From positions 15,950,550 to 16,014,549 of the forward strand of contig NC_057750.1 of NCBI RefSeq assembly GCF_004010195.1: DNA of 64,000 nt, given 5' to 3'. The notes under the pieces were generated by a model. It did no database searches. It was not told where the DNA came from and saw only the letters and a list, made by a program, of their open reading frames with translations. The stretch is from Chiloscyllium plagiosum. Its lineage: Eukaryota. Made by a program: the position numbers and the translations under genes. Positions 37,185-48,624 of this stretch are shown one piece after another; within the stretch, counting starts at the first letter, position 1; the number at the start of each line of letters is the position of its first letter.

Positions 37185-38024
37185 CATGTGGAACCAATAG
37201 GGTCAATTCCCATAGCCAACTATGTCCCGGGACGCTGCTGCAGCCACAGCTCGCAGGCACTTAGGCAATCCTGCTGCTACGGGGTCAGGTTTTGCCGAAA
37301 AATAAGCTACTGGCCTCAAATTTCCCCCATGATCCTGCAAAAGCACAGAGGTCATGCAGACAAGCTTCTCATCTACCATTTGTACAAAAGGCTTGTTTGG
37401 ATTCGGAATCCCCGGTGTAGGTGTAGTTTGGAGTGTCTTTTTCAATTCACAAAGGCACTCTTGGCCTCTGGGGTCCACTGCAACGGACTCTGAATCTACA
37501 ACCCTTTGCCATGGGCTATGTTACTTAGGGGCACCTCAAGGGTTGCGTAATGTGGGATGAACATTCTACAGTAGGAGCACATGCCCAAAAAGGATAGCAA
37601 TTGTTTCTTCGTGTGAGGCTTTGGAATTTGCTGAATTGCTTGAACTCTGTCTTGGCCAATGGCCTTCCCTTGTTTGTATATTAATTGACCTAAGAACTTC
37701 ACCTGTTGTTGCACAAATTGTAGTTTTGAGAGACTAGCTTTGTGCCCTTCCCTCACTAGATGGCAGAGCAACACAAGGGTATCTTTCTCACATTGTTCCT
37801 CTGTTGGTGCTGCTATTAAGCAGTCATCTCATACTGCAGAAGTGCTGACCCCAGGGTTAAAACAAGAGTCTCCAGACCCCTGCGTAGAGCCTCATTATAT
37901 ATGGTGGGGGACACACAGTAACCTTGACAAAGTCGCGTGAAGGTGTACAATTTTCCTTTGAATGAAAAAGCGAACCAGAATTGGCTGTCTGGGTGTACAC
38001 TAAAGAAGGCATTTGCTAAATCCA

Positions 38025-38245
38025 AACTTTATTGCTGGAACAGCACAGCAGGTCAGGCAGCATCCATGGAACAGGAGATTCGACGTTTCGGGCACAGGCC
38101 CTTCTTCAGGATTCCTGAAGAAGGGCCTGTGCCCGAAACGTCGAATCTCCTGTTCCCTGGATGCTGCCTGACCTGCTGTGCTGTTCCAGCAATAAAGTTT
38201 CAACTTTGATCTCCAGCATCTGCAGACCTCACTTTCTCCTCCAAG
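38025..38245. mobile_element. Palindromic Penelope-derived element in ERV RT, 14-bp TSD
   Basis: atttgctaaatcca at 38011-38024 and 38246-38259; 38024-38200 is an inverted repeat with 88-nt arms, one mismatch and a 1-nt centre. Confidence 0.92.
38110..38147 (+). ncRNA. Minimal type I hammerhead ribozyme motif (mirror copy on - strand at 38077-38114)
   Basis: gattc-CTGAAGA-A-GGGC-ctgt-GCCC-GAAA-C-GTC-gaatc; 5-bp stem I, GUC site. Confidence 0.8.
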
Positions 38246-38723
38246 ATTTGCTAAATCCACAACAGAGAACCATTTACTGTCCTGCAGGATTTGAGACAAT
38301 ATAGTATAGAGGTTGAGAACATTTGGGGCGCGCGGAACAACAGTGTTATTGACTGCCTACAGGATGCACAAACCTCCATTCCTCTGGTTCACCTGGAATA
38401 TTTGCCTTTTTGACTGGAAAAAATGGGGGTTCTCACCAGTGAGTTTTCACAGGGCCAGCAATAAAGTTTCAACTTTGATCTCCAGCATCTGCAGACCTCA
38501 CTTTCTCCTCCAAGATTTGCTAAATCCACAACAGAGAACCATTTACTGTCCTGCAGGATTTGAGACAATATAGTATAGAGGTTGAGAACATTTGGGGCGC
38601 GCGGAACAACAGTGTTATTGACTGCCTGCAGGATGCACAAACCTCCATTCCTCTGGTTCACCTGGAATATTTGCCTTTTTGATTGGAAAAAATGGGGGTT
38701 CTCACCAGTGAGTTTTCACAGGG
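38186..38723. repeat. 269-bp tandem duplication (PLE tail plus ERV RT start)
   Basis: 38186-38454 and 38455-38723 differ at two positions that I could see. Confidence 0.92.
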
Positions 38724-40015
38724 GATTATACTCCAGCCTTTAGGAGGGACTCAAAGACTGGAGTAATTCCTTCTGTAGCCTCAGGTTTTAATGGGTATAG
38801 TGCCTTGCAAGGACATTACTCAGACTTCGGGGTTATTCTTATTCTTATTTGTATGAGCCCCATGTCATGCTTGCCTTTTGCCCACAACTCAGTAGGGATC
38901 TTTCTCAACCGAGACTTCAACTTTATGAAAATGCCAGGCTACTTTCCTAGGCTCTTCAGGGCTACTGGGGGTTACATGGACTGCCCTATCTGCCTGAGTT
39001 AGCCAATTTAGTTTCTTCCTGTATGTCTGCATATCTTCACTGAACCAGATAACCACATCGTCCCTCAAGACCCAATCTTTCGTTTTATGTGCCCTTAGTA
39101 CCCACGGTCCCAAATCCTGCCACCTGTCGCTGGATCTCTTGACCAGCGGCACATGAGGAAAAGAACCTTTCACATCAAAAAGATTGCGTCTACTTGCTGT
39201 CACAGGAACTTTGGATAAGTTCATACTGACTGCACATCTGTGATTATTCCAGTAGAGCTCACACGATAGCAACTGATCTGGCTCAGGAGATTAATTAAAC
39301 CAGTCCCTCTCATAAGATTCGTCAGGCTCATCGTGGTGTATCTCTAGGTAGAAAATTGGTGTTAGTAGGATTAACATACTCACTTGCTTCCAGGGTGAGT
39401 GAATAGCTCACTGAACTTAACGCTCTCTGGCTTAGTCTCCAGTCATAAACATACATCAAGAGTCGTGGGTCGTATTTCTTAGCCTGTACTGGCAATTCTT
39501 CTTTTCATATTACTTGCAAACCCCTAGGGGTGCTTAGTAAATCCAATCCCAATTTCACTATGAGATCCCGAGCCTTCAGATTTAAAGGACAGAGTTCCGA
39601 TAACAAAAATGAAAATTGGGATGTTTCCCCATTACTGGTTTCGCACGACAGGGGTGTGGTGAATCTCATATCACAACTCCTGATGTATCCATTGAGTTCC
39701 ACTCATCCTTATTTGCGTCGACTCTCTGAACTGGCTTGACTTAAGGACTGAATATGTTTCCCCTGTATCTACCAAAAAGGTAAATGGTGTACCTTCCGCA
39801 TATAACATAGAGGTAGGCATTGACTTATATGCATTGTCGTTATACTGAACATATGGTCCACGGTCCGCAATCTCAACGCTCAATATGGAGGTGGGACATG
39901 TTTACGGTGGTCTGTAAGGTTAGAAGAGATTAGCACAAGCAAGTCTTCGTTGCCAAGCATAAAGAGGCTTACCTGTCCCTTGTGGGCTGCCCACCTCCAC
40001 CTTAGCCTTCCTCCA

Positions 40016-41618
40016 TCAGTCACCCTGCTGTCCAGCTTCCAGGGCTGACTGAGGCTGTCTGCGCAGGCACTGCCTTTTCCAGTGATCCATTGCTCCGCAA
40101 ACAAAGCACCTGCCAGATCTACCTCTGCCAGCCCCTTTTTCTCTTCCTCTTCCACGACCTCCACCTCTGCCTCTCCCTTTTTCCGCAATACCTCCCTTCA
40201 TTGGCTGGGCGACCATTTGCATCATGGTAAGCTGAGCTTTATGTGTTTGCTGTTCCATCTTTAGTTTCCACGTATCTTTCTCGGGCCAGCAATTTCTCAG
40301 CATGTATTGCATATTATTCTACCAAATTCAACTTTCCTGTGTCCCAGGTAATACATGTGTCTTTTACCTTTTTTGCTATTTCGTCCTTCATTCCATTGAT
40401 AAAGCTCTTCCTCAGGTGTGTCTCATACAGTGTGATTTCTGCCTCCGTTATGTCTGCGGGTGGTGTCAGTACACTGTGGGCATTATGGGCTTCAGTGAGG
40501 CGCGTAAGGTACTGGAACACTGTCTCACCACTTTGTTGTTTACACATTGCAATTTTGGTCATGTCCATTCATACTGGGAATGCTTCCCTACAGGTGATTG
40601 CCAGTGCTGTGACAAAATCATTAAAGTCTCTGTTTGGCTCCGTTTGCGCATCGGCTGCTCTGGCATGGATGTTTGTGCCTGGCCAGTTGTACCTGATTTT
40701 GCTGACATCGACACCCAGTTTTCATCCAAGGAGACGTCTCATCTCGTGTGACATGTGACATAACTCGGTACAGAACCTTGTCACTTCTTCGGTGAACTCA
40801 TTACCTCCAACCTCACGTGGGTCAGGCAACTGTCCATAGGCACTTTCCAAATCCTTCATGGTCCATGGCTGGTGGTCCAACATCGGGTACCCGTGTGGAC
40901 CTGCAACTTCAACCATTAGTGCTTGCATCTGGTTAGGTGATCGTGCATCAGTATTCTCACTGTCTGACTCATCGTCCATCAGGGGGTGATTGCCTTTCTG
41001 TCTTGGAGTGGCTGTCCTTCTTTTGGCCTTGCTTCGATCTGTTGCGGGTATGAGATGCTACCGGTGATTCAGCAGACCCTGAGGCGGCGGCTGCTGACTT
41101 TGAATCTTCGGGCCTCGGGTATAGATGTTGTCCTGCCGCTGTCTGCTCTCTTTCTTCCTTGTACGAAGGCGGATCTCGTGGGGGGCTGTTGGTCTCGGAG
41201 GGTAGCCATCATGGTCAGGATCTGAAATATACTAAAGACACTGTACAGCTTCATTAGGTTGTTTTCAGCACGTGTCTGCATGTGCACTGGTGTTTGTACG
41301 CGTATTTGATCTATCTTTTACTTGAGATTTTCTTTCTCTGATATCAGCCTCAGCCTTCCACATGTTATAAGCAATCCAATTCACAGGTTCTATTTTTCCC
41401 CTCCATTTCTCCTTCTTTCTCTCTTCCAGCTGTGACCTCAGTATCTCCAACTGCCTTTTACTAAAACTCCCTCTCTCTAGAAAACCACATTCTTTGATCC
41501 ACAATTCTAACTGCTTTACAGGCTCTGGACCGTAGTTATTTAACATATATTGTATTTTTGGTTGTCCATTCCAAGTCTTCTGTGGACCCTCTTTTTGTTT
41601 GCTCTCGCTGGAGCCCAT
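40016..41618 (-). pseudogene. gag: ERV gag (MA, CA, single CCHC nucleocapsid)
   Basis: MGSSESK myristoylation-type start at 41618; QQSGETVFQYLTRL MHR-like motif, FINGMKDEI; CFVCGAMDHWKRQC; TGA at 40016-40018. Confidence 0.88.
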
Positions 41619-42068
41619 TTTAAGTGTTATTGGAAAAGAGTTCAGCTCTCTCTCTCTCTCTCTCACGGTACTGTTTTCTTATTTGCCAATATGACCTGCT
41701 TTTACCTCCGGAGGTCCCCCCTCATTGGGCGCGCCCACCTCAATGCCTTGGTTTTCGTAAACCAAGAAACCACGTACCTGGTACGTCTTTGGCGAGTCCA
41801 ACTCAGCCAGTGGTTGTTCCTCCCAAGTCTTCTGTGGACCCTCTTTTTGTTTGCTCTCGCTGGAGCCAATTTTAAGTGTTATTGGAAAAGAGTTCAGCTC
41901 TCTCTCTCTCTCACGGTACCGTTTTCTTATTTGCCAATATGACTTGCTTTTACCTCCGGAGGTCCCCTCTCATTGGGCGCGCCCACCTCAATGCCTTGGT
42001 TTTCGTAAACCAAGAAACCACGTATCTGGTACGTCTTTGGCGAGTCCAACTCAGCCAGTGGTTGTTCC
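41571..42068. repeat. About 250-bp tandem duplication spanning the ERV leader and gag start
   Basis: 41571-41820 versus 41823-42068, a few substitutions and a (ct)n length difference. Confidence 0.92.
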
Positions 42069-42391
42069 AAGTCTAAAACCACCCTTAGACGTGCTGCCTC
42101 TTAAACACTCTAGAGACGGCAATCCTTTCCCTTGAGTTTTGCTTGAATACCATGCGAGAGTTCACTGGACCCTCCTCTTGATTTATTTACTCTCTTAGAA
42201 CGAGTCTCTATGTAGGATTACTTACGCCACGACTCTTACCCCGATCCTATCCGATACGGATCCCGGGTCTGGGGCAATTCACAGATTCCCAGCCCTCTCA
42301 CACAAAGGGGCCAATTTAGCACTCGAGATGAAGTGAAAGTCCTTCAAAGCGCTGGTGCTTACACCTCCTGGGAATCTTTCCCAATCGCGGG

Positions 42392-42408
42392 ATCCCGGAC
42401 GAGCCCCA
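42392..42408 (-). promoter_or_regulatory. ERV primer binding site, tRNA-Pro
   Basis: TGGGGCTCGTCCGGGAT versus canonical PBS-Pro TGGGGGCTCGTCCGGGAT, 7 nt from the 5' LTR. Confidence 0.9.
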
Positions 42409-42415
42409 AGTTTAC

Positions 42416-42831
42416 TGTCGTGGAAATTAGATCGACTCAACTCAAATGTTTGCAAGAGCAAAGAAAAAGTTTATTTCAAACCTTTGCAAAGGGACCCAAT
42501 ACATTGGCAAGATGCCTCATGTAAGGGGCATTTGATAGCTTTCGCATACTCCCTTTATACTATAGCTCTCTTCCCCTTATCAGCACCTGCATAACGAGAG
42601 GCCTGGAACATTTGAATTCCTTTCCATATATGGAGTTGTTTTTCTCATTTCTTGACTGCTAATATGGCAGTTTAACTGGCCTTGTAAGCCTGTTGTTAGG
42701 TCGGTTTGCCTTTACAGTTTGCTTTTACATTTTCTGTTCGTTTGCAGTACCCCTTGTTTCAGTCAGATCCTTACTTCTTTGTTCCCCTATGCTTTTATAG
42801 ATTTCACAATAAATTTTAACTTTCCATTACA
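42416..42831 (-). repeat. ERV 5' LTR (416 bp, TG...CA)
   Basis: TGTAATGG...CACGACA on - strand; TATAAA 42554-42559; AATAAA 42470-42475. Confidence 0.95.
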
Positions 42832-43236
42832 TCCAACATGCCAATTATCACAGAAGCCAGTATTTGCAAGTCTTTTCAATCAATCTAAGTTTTGACTTTT
42901 GAAGATCTGGTCACCCTAACCTTCTGAACTCAACAGCTTCAGACCATGAACACTTTCCTCCATTTTGACTTTTGTTATTTTTCCAAGGACTAATCTGTAC
43001 CTTTTTATAATTTTGCTTTCAGAAAGAGCTGATCTTTAGTTTACAATACTTACTCTGTACCAATGCTGTTTCTTCATTGCAACTGTTACCATGCGTCAAC
43101 TTTTTGTTCCATGACATGTTTGATATTTAATCACTCCCAGTCTCAAATCTATCTCTGATCTACTCTTCTGCTCCACTTAGCCCACCACTTTTGTCTGAGG
43201 ATAAAATTTATCACATTTTTACTTTTTATCTGTTCC

Positions 43237-43736
43237 NNNNNNNNNNNNNNNNNNNNNNNNNNNNNNNNNNNNNNNNNNNNNNNNNNNNNNNNNNNNNNNN
43301 NNNNNNNNNNNNNNNNNNNNNNNNNNNNNNNNNNNNNNNNNNNNNNNNNNNNNNNNNNNNNNNNNNNNNNNNNNNNNNNNNNNNNNNNNNNNNNNNNNNN
43401 NNNNNNNNNNNNNNNNNNNNNNNNNNNNNNNNNNNNNNNNNNNNNNNNNNNNNNNNNNNNNNNNNNNNNNNNNNNNNNNNNNNNNNNNNNNNNNNNNNNN
43501 NNNNNNNNNNNNNNNNNNNNNNNNNNNNNNNNNNNNNNNNNNNNNNNNNNNNNNNNNNNNNNNNNNNNNNNNNNNNNNNNNNNNNNNNNNNNNNNNNNNN
43601 NNNNNNNNNNNNNNNNNNNNNNNNNNNNNNNNNNNNNNNNNNNNNNNNNNNNNNNNNNNNNNNNNNNNNNNNNNNNNNNNNNNNNNNNNNNNNNNNNNNN
43701 NNNNNNNNNNNNNNNNNNNNNNNNNNNNNNNNNNNN
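43237..43736. other. Assembly gap (500 N)
   Basis: Run of N; a further 136-N gap lies at 44838-44973. Confidence 1.
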
Positions 43737-44173
43737 TAATCCTCTGATGTTCTGAAAAAGGGTCATTGCCAAAATTTTAATTCTGCTTTATCTCCATAGA
43801 TGCTGCCAGACCTGCTAAGTTTTCCAGCAATTTCTGCTTTTAAGAGTCATGGAGTCCTACAGCATGGAAACAGATCCTTTAATTCAACCAACCCGCACCG
43901 AAAATGTTCCTCGACTAAACTAGTCCCACCTGCCTGTGGTTGGCCCATATTCCACCAAACCTTACCTATTCATGAACTTATCCAAATGTCTTTTTAAACA
44001 CTGTAACTGTATCTGCATCCGCCACTTTTTCTGGCTGTTCATTCCATACACAAGTGCTCTGTGTAAAAACAAAAGTTGTCCCTGTCTTTTTAAAATCTTT
44101 CTCCTCTTACCTTAAAAAATATGCCCTCTAATTCTGAACTCCCTCACCCCAGGGGAAAAAACCTCAATCGTAT

Positions 44174-46208
44174 AATACAATGGGGAAATTGCGCGCCAAA
44201 AACCGTTATTCAAACAAGCAACAAATCAAGAATGGACAGACACGATAGAACAAGCCATAAACACCAAACAACGACAAACACACATAAAGAAAAATCGGGA
44301 CCTGAAGAAAAAACTTGACAAACTCATAAACAAAGACAAAACTGATAACACGGGCATGGATAAAGAACTTATCAGACCGAACCCTATCAGACACAGAAAA
44401 AGAGGTACTAGTAAAAGGACTAAATTTCAATTACCGAGACACTGACAAGAAGGATTTCCTAGCAGCATTAGAAACCACGTTGAAGGACAACAAACTCGCG
44501 GAAGAAACACAACAAACGATCAGACAAACGACAGTTGCACCTACTCTAAGCCGAAAGAGGGGAAGGAAACAAACTGAACACACAAGAAAAGAAAGCCCTA
44601 GAAAACCTCAAAAAAGACAAAAACATTGTTATATTACCTGCAGACAAAGGTCGGGTCAGTCATCCTGAACAGAAGGGACTACATAGAGAAAGCCAATGCA
44701 CTACTCGCAGGCACCAACACCTACCAACAGGTGGCGCTAGACCCGACCCCACAACTAGGAAACAAAATGACATATCTCCGAAGAAAATTACACCATTCCG
44801 GACAATTAAACAAGACGGAATTCCAGAAAATGAAACCNNNNNNNNNNNNNNNNNNNNNNNNNNNNNNNNNNNNNNNNNNNNNNNNNNNNNNNNNNNNNNN
44901 NNNNNNNNNNNNNNNNNNNNNNNNNNNNNNNNNNNNNNNNNNNNNNNNNNNNNNNNNNNNNNNNNNNNNNNNNCACCCGCCATCAATCACATTACCAACG
45001 AAAACATCATGAAGCTAGTGGACCTGTGCCTCACCACCCACTTCACCTTCAACAACATAATCTTCAAACAAACCAACGGCACACCCATGGGATCTCCTCT
45101 ATCAAGATTCCTAGCAGAAGCGGTAATGCAAAGACTAGAACAAACAGCCCTACCAACCATCAAACCAAAAATCTGGGTCCGCTACGTAGATGACACCTTT
45201 GTCATTACAAAACGAAACAAGATAGAAGAGACATTTAACATCATCAACAACACCCTCACAGGCATAAAGTTCACCAAGGAGGAAGAAACCGACAACAAAC
45301 TGGCATTCCTGGACGTCACAGTTGAAAGAAAGGACAACGGAGAACTACAAACCTGCGCATATAGAAAACCAACAAACACTGACCAAATACTTAACTACAC
45401 CAGCAACCATCCCAAAACACACAAACGAAGCTGTATCAGAACACTATTCCAACGAGCCACCACACACTGCAGCACAGACGAACTTCGGAAAACAGAGGAG
45501 AACCACCTATACAACGTATTCAAGAAGAATGGATACTCAAAAAATACAGTCCGCAGATTCCTCAAGAAGAAACCACGACAAGCAGACCAAACACAGCCAG
45601 AAACCCTAACCACCTAACCATGACAGCCAGACTACTAAGACCCCTCGTAATCCTAGGAGCACATAAACCCACCAACACTCTCAAACAAAAACTAACAAAC
45701 TTAAAAGACCCAGTACAACCCATGGACAAAACCAACGTCATCTACAAAATTCCATGCAATGACTGCCACAAACACTACGTAGGACAAACAGAAAGAAAGT
45801 TAGCCACCAGGATCCACGAACATCAGCTAGCCACAAAACGACATGACCCTCTCTCCCTCGTATCCCTACACACAGATGAAAAAACCCACCATTTCAACTG
45901 GGCCAACACATCTATCCTGGGACAGGATAAGCAAAGACATGCCAGAGAATTCCTAGAGGTCTGGCACTCCAACCACAATGCCATAAACAAACACATAGAT
46001 CTAGATACCATCTATCAATCCCTCAGAAAACGAACAGGAAATGACATCACCACAAATCTCAGGAACCCCATCCAGGACAAACATATAAATAGAAAGCAGG
46101 AGACAACAGCTTCGCTTCACTTGGAGGTCGCCACTGATGATGTTACCTAGCCAGGTAATGAAACGTCTGGATATCAAACCTACAGCTCAGCGAGCATACC
46201 TACACCCT
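44174..46208 (+). mobile_element. Penelope-like retroelement (RT + GIY-YIG), 5'-truncated, probable 15-bp TSD
   Basis: QTNGTPMGSPLS, WVRYVDDTF, LAFLDV (45009-45617); VIYKIPCNDCHKHYVGQT...RIHEH (45620-46150); aaacctcaat(c/t)gtat at 44159-44173 and 46209-46223. Confidence 0.93.
46131..46170 (+). ncRNA. Minimal type I hammerhead ribozyme motif at the PLE 3' end
   Basis: cca-CTGATGA-T-GTTACCT-agcc-AGGTAAT-GAAA-C-GTC-tgg. Confidence 0.72.
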
Positions 46209-46971
46209 AAACCTCAATTGTATCTCTGCCCCTCATGATTTAATAAATCTCAGTAAAGTCACCCTTCAACCACCTATTCAACCTCGGTGAAAAAGGTCCC
46301 AGACTTTCCAGTCTATGTTTGTATGTCAAACCCTCTATTCATGGCAACTTCTTGGTAAGTCTTTTCTAAATCCTCTCCAGTTTAGTAGTATGCTTCCAAA
46401 GCAGGGCGACCAGAACTGAACACAGTAGTCTGGAAGAAGACTCACCAACATCCTGGACAACCTCAACATAACCCCAACTCCTTTACTCAAAAGTCTGAGC
46501 AATGAAGACAAGTGTGCTATACGCCTTCCTAACCACCGTCTACGTATAATGCAAATTTCAAAGAATTATGTACCTGAATCCTTATGTCTCTTTGTGCTAC
46601 AGCACTACCCAGGGCCCTACCATTAATTGTATAAGTCCTATCCTTGTTTGTATTACCAAAATGTAATACCTCACATTTATCCAAATTAAAGTCCATCTGC
46701 TACTCCTCAGCCCATTGACCCAATTGATCAAGATCTCTTTGTAATCTCAGATAATCATCTTCTCTGTCCACGTTACCACTAATTTTGGTGTCATCTGCAA
46801 ACTATGCCTCCTACATTTTCATCCAAATGACAAGCAAAAGTGTATCTAGTACTGATCCCTGTAGAACACAGGGCTTTGGTCCAAAAAAAGCCTCCGCCAC
46901 CCTCTGTTTCCTACTATAAAGCCAATTTTGTATCCAATTGGCAAGCTCACTCTGAATCTCATGTTCAATTT

Positions 46972-47740
46972 CCTGCAATAAAAACAGAAATTGCTAGGAA
47001 AGCTCAGCAGGTCTGGCAGCATCTGTGGACAGAAATTATAGTTAACGTTTTAGGTCCAATGATCCTCAGAACTGACTGTAGCGAGGAAATTTTTTTTAAT
47101 GCAGAAGATAGGGAGGGGGTAAGGAGTAAACGATAAGTGGTTAACAATGGGTTGTGTACAAAAGCAGATCATATGATAACAAGGCCTGGTGTGTGGGGGC
47201 TGGAGTAAAGATATTGGAGAAGGTGCCTCAAGCTCTAAACTTGTTGAACAGTGGAGTTCCCAAGTGGAAAATGAGGTGCTGTTCTTCCAGCTTGGCTGAG
47301 CGGCACTAGTTCACTGCAGCAAGCCTGAGACAGAGATGTTAGCCAAGGAACATGGTGGTGTGTTGACCTGGCAAGGAACTGGAAGTTCAGGACCTTTTTT
47401 GTACACAGAGTGCTTCTGTTTGGCATTTCACCAGCTTCCCTGGCCAACATCTCTGTCTCAGGTTTGCTGCAGTGCTCCAGCACAGCTGGAAGAACACCAC
47501 CTCATTTTCAGCTTGGGTTTTTAGCGCTTGAAAGACCTCCTCCCTCACCCTTACCCAGTACCCCCCGCCGCCTTGTTATTACGTGGTCTGCTATTCACTA
47601 CTCCCCACCTCACCCCAAAGACAACTTTTTCCTCGCCACCATCAGTTCTGAGGAAGGGTCATTGAACCTGAAACATTAACTCTGATTTATCTCTACAGAT
47701 GCTGAGCCTTTCTAGCAATTTCTTTTTTTATTGTTACAGA
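46972..47740. mobile_element. Old Penelope remnant with inverted (tail-to-tail) ends
   Basis: - strand copy 46972-47400 and + strand copy 47420-47740 of the same GIY-YIG tail/3' UTR; decayed hammerhead near 47645. Confidence 0.7.
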
Positions 47741-48039
47741 TTCACTATCACTTGAGGGAAACCAAAGCCTGTCATTTTTGTCTTAAATGGACAACCCCTT
47801 ACTCTGAGAGTATGCTCTCAGGTCCGGGACCCTCATACCAGAGCAAACAACCTCTCAGCATCTACCCTGCCAAGTCCCCTAAGAATCTTTAATGTATTGA
47901 TACCTTTATACTGTTTGGTGATGCACATACTGCTTTAACTCAATGTTATTCATATCATTCTTCAAAACTCCAATAAGTATAGTAAATGAGAAGGTAGACA
48001 AGACCAACGCTATGAATATAAACAACCTTTACAGTTACC

Positions 48040-48350
48040 TACACACTTCGCTGCTCGGCAATTCGTGGATTTCCGTGGCAATGACGTTACCGTGCCTCCC
48101 CGGAGAGCGCTTCGGGTGCTTTCGGCTGGCGGTGACTTCATCCACGAACGGTGCGGACGCTGAAGAGGGAACAGCACCTCGGGGCTTTCCGCCAGCTGCG
48201 TTCGTGAATTTCCGTCAGCCTTTTTTCGTTTCGTCTGTGCGTCACGGCGCTGAGCCGGCGGGCGGGCGCCATGTTGTGGAAGGTGTTTTCTTCCTCTTTC
48301 AGTCAGTGTGTGTAATGGAGAGACACCCGGGGGTCGGATCCGCACAGAAA
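48040..48350 (+). promoter_or_regulatory. CpG island / probable ZC3H4 promoter
   Basis: Dense CpG, non-repeat stretch just upstream of exon 1; CRE-like tgacg/cgtca half-sites; YY1-type CGCCATGTT at about 48267. Confidence 0.8.
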
Positions 48351-48529
48351 AGCACCGAGAAAATAGCTGCCAATATCAAAACGCTTAAACAGTAACAACA
48401 GAACCGTTTATTTCCTATTTCAAGAATCAGTGAGAGCTCAATTGCAGTGCCCGGTGGTAATTTTTTTCCAATAAGGAGAGAGATATATAATTTTTGAGTA
48501 AAGACAAAAGGGAGAGAGCGAGAGAGAAA

Positions 48530-48624
48530 ATGTCTCTCGAAAGCCTCAGCCTCACCTCCTCCAACAAGCAGTCCCCCCAAAACGAACACAACAACATCAA
48601 CCTCACTGAGTCAGGAGACGAAAG
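48530..48624 (+). CDS. ZC3H4: ZC3H4 first coding exon (MSLESLSLTSSNKQSPQNEHNNINLTESGDE)
   Basis: ATG with A at -3 downstream of the CpG island; phase-2 end AAG|gtcgag joins the next exon to give DE-R-EEGELEEGEL. Confidence 0.72.

Larger units (their letters stand above)
34936..39900 (-). pseudogene. pol: ERV pol: protease, 2H-PDE-like insert, RT, RNase H, truncated integrase
   Basis: FLVDTGETYSVL; DLANAFFSV, TRLCQGY, LQY..DD (frameshifted); FFVDGS..SAQAMEL; LQMDFIEL, VDMFSKWVE, SSDDGTPF; many stops and frameshifts. Confidence 0.93.
33923..42831 (-). mobile_element. Endogenous retrovirus, class I (epsilon-like), two LTRs, defective
   Basis: LTRs 33923-34306 and 42416-42831; TSD TCCAA at 33918-33922 and 42832-42836; PBS-Pro; PPT; gag, PR, RT, RH, IN and env remnants in retroviral order. 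Confidence 0.95.
43845..46970 (-). mobile_element. CR1 3' portion split by a Penelope insertion
   Basis: CR1 3' UTR 43845-44160 continues at 46224-46970. Confidence 0.8.

Noticed and set aside
40243..40758. 171-aa and 149-aa + strand ORFs as a retroviral antisense gene
   Set aside because: They mirror the gag capsid region and show no motif or other independent support.
47943..48395. 150-aa ORF (and 111-aa antisense ORF) across the CpG island
   Set aside because: No recognisable motif; stop-poor GC-rich promoter/5' UTR sequence.
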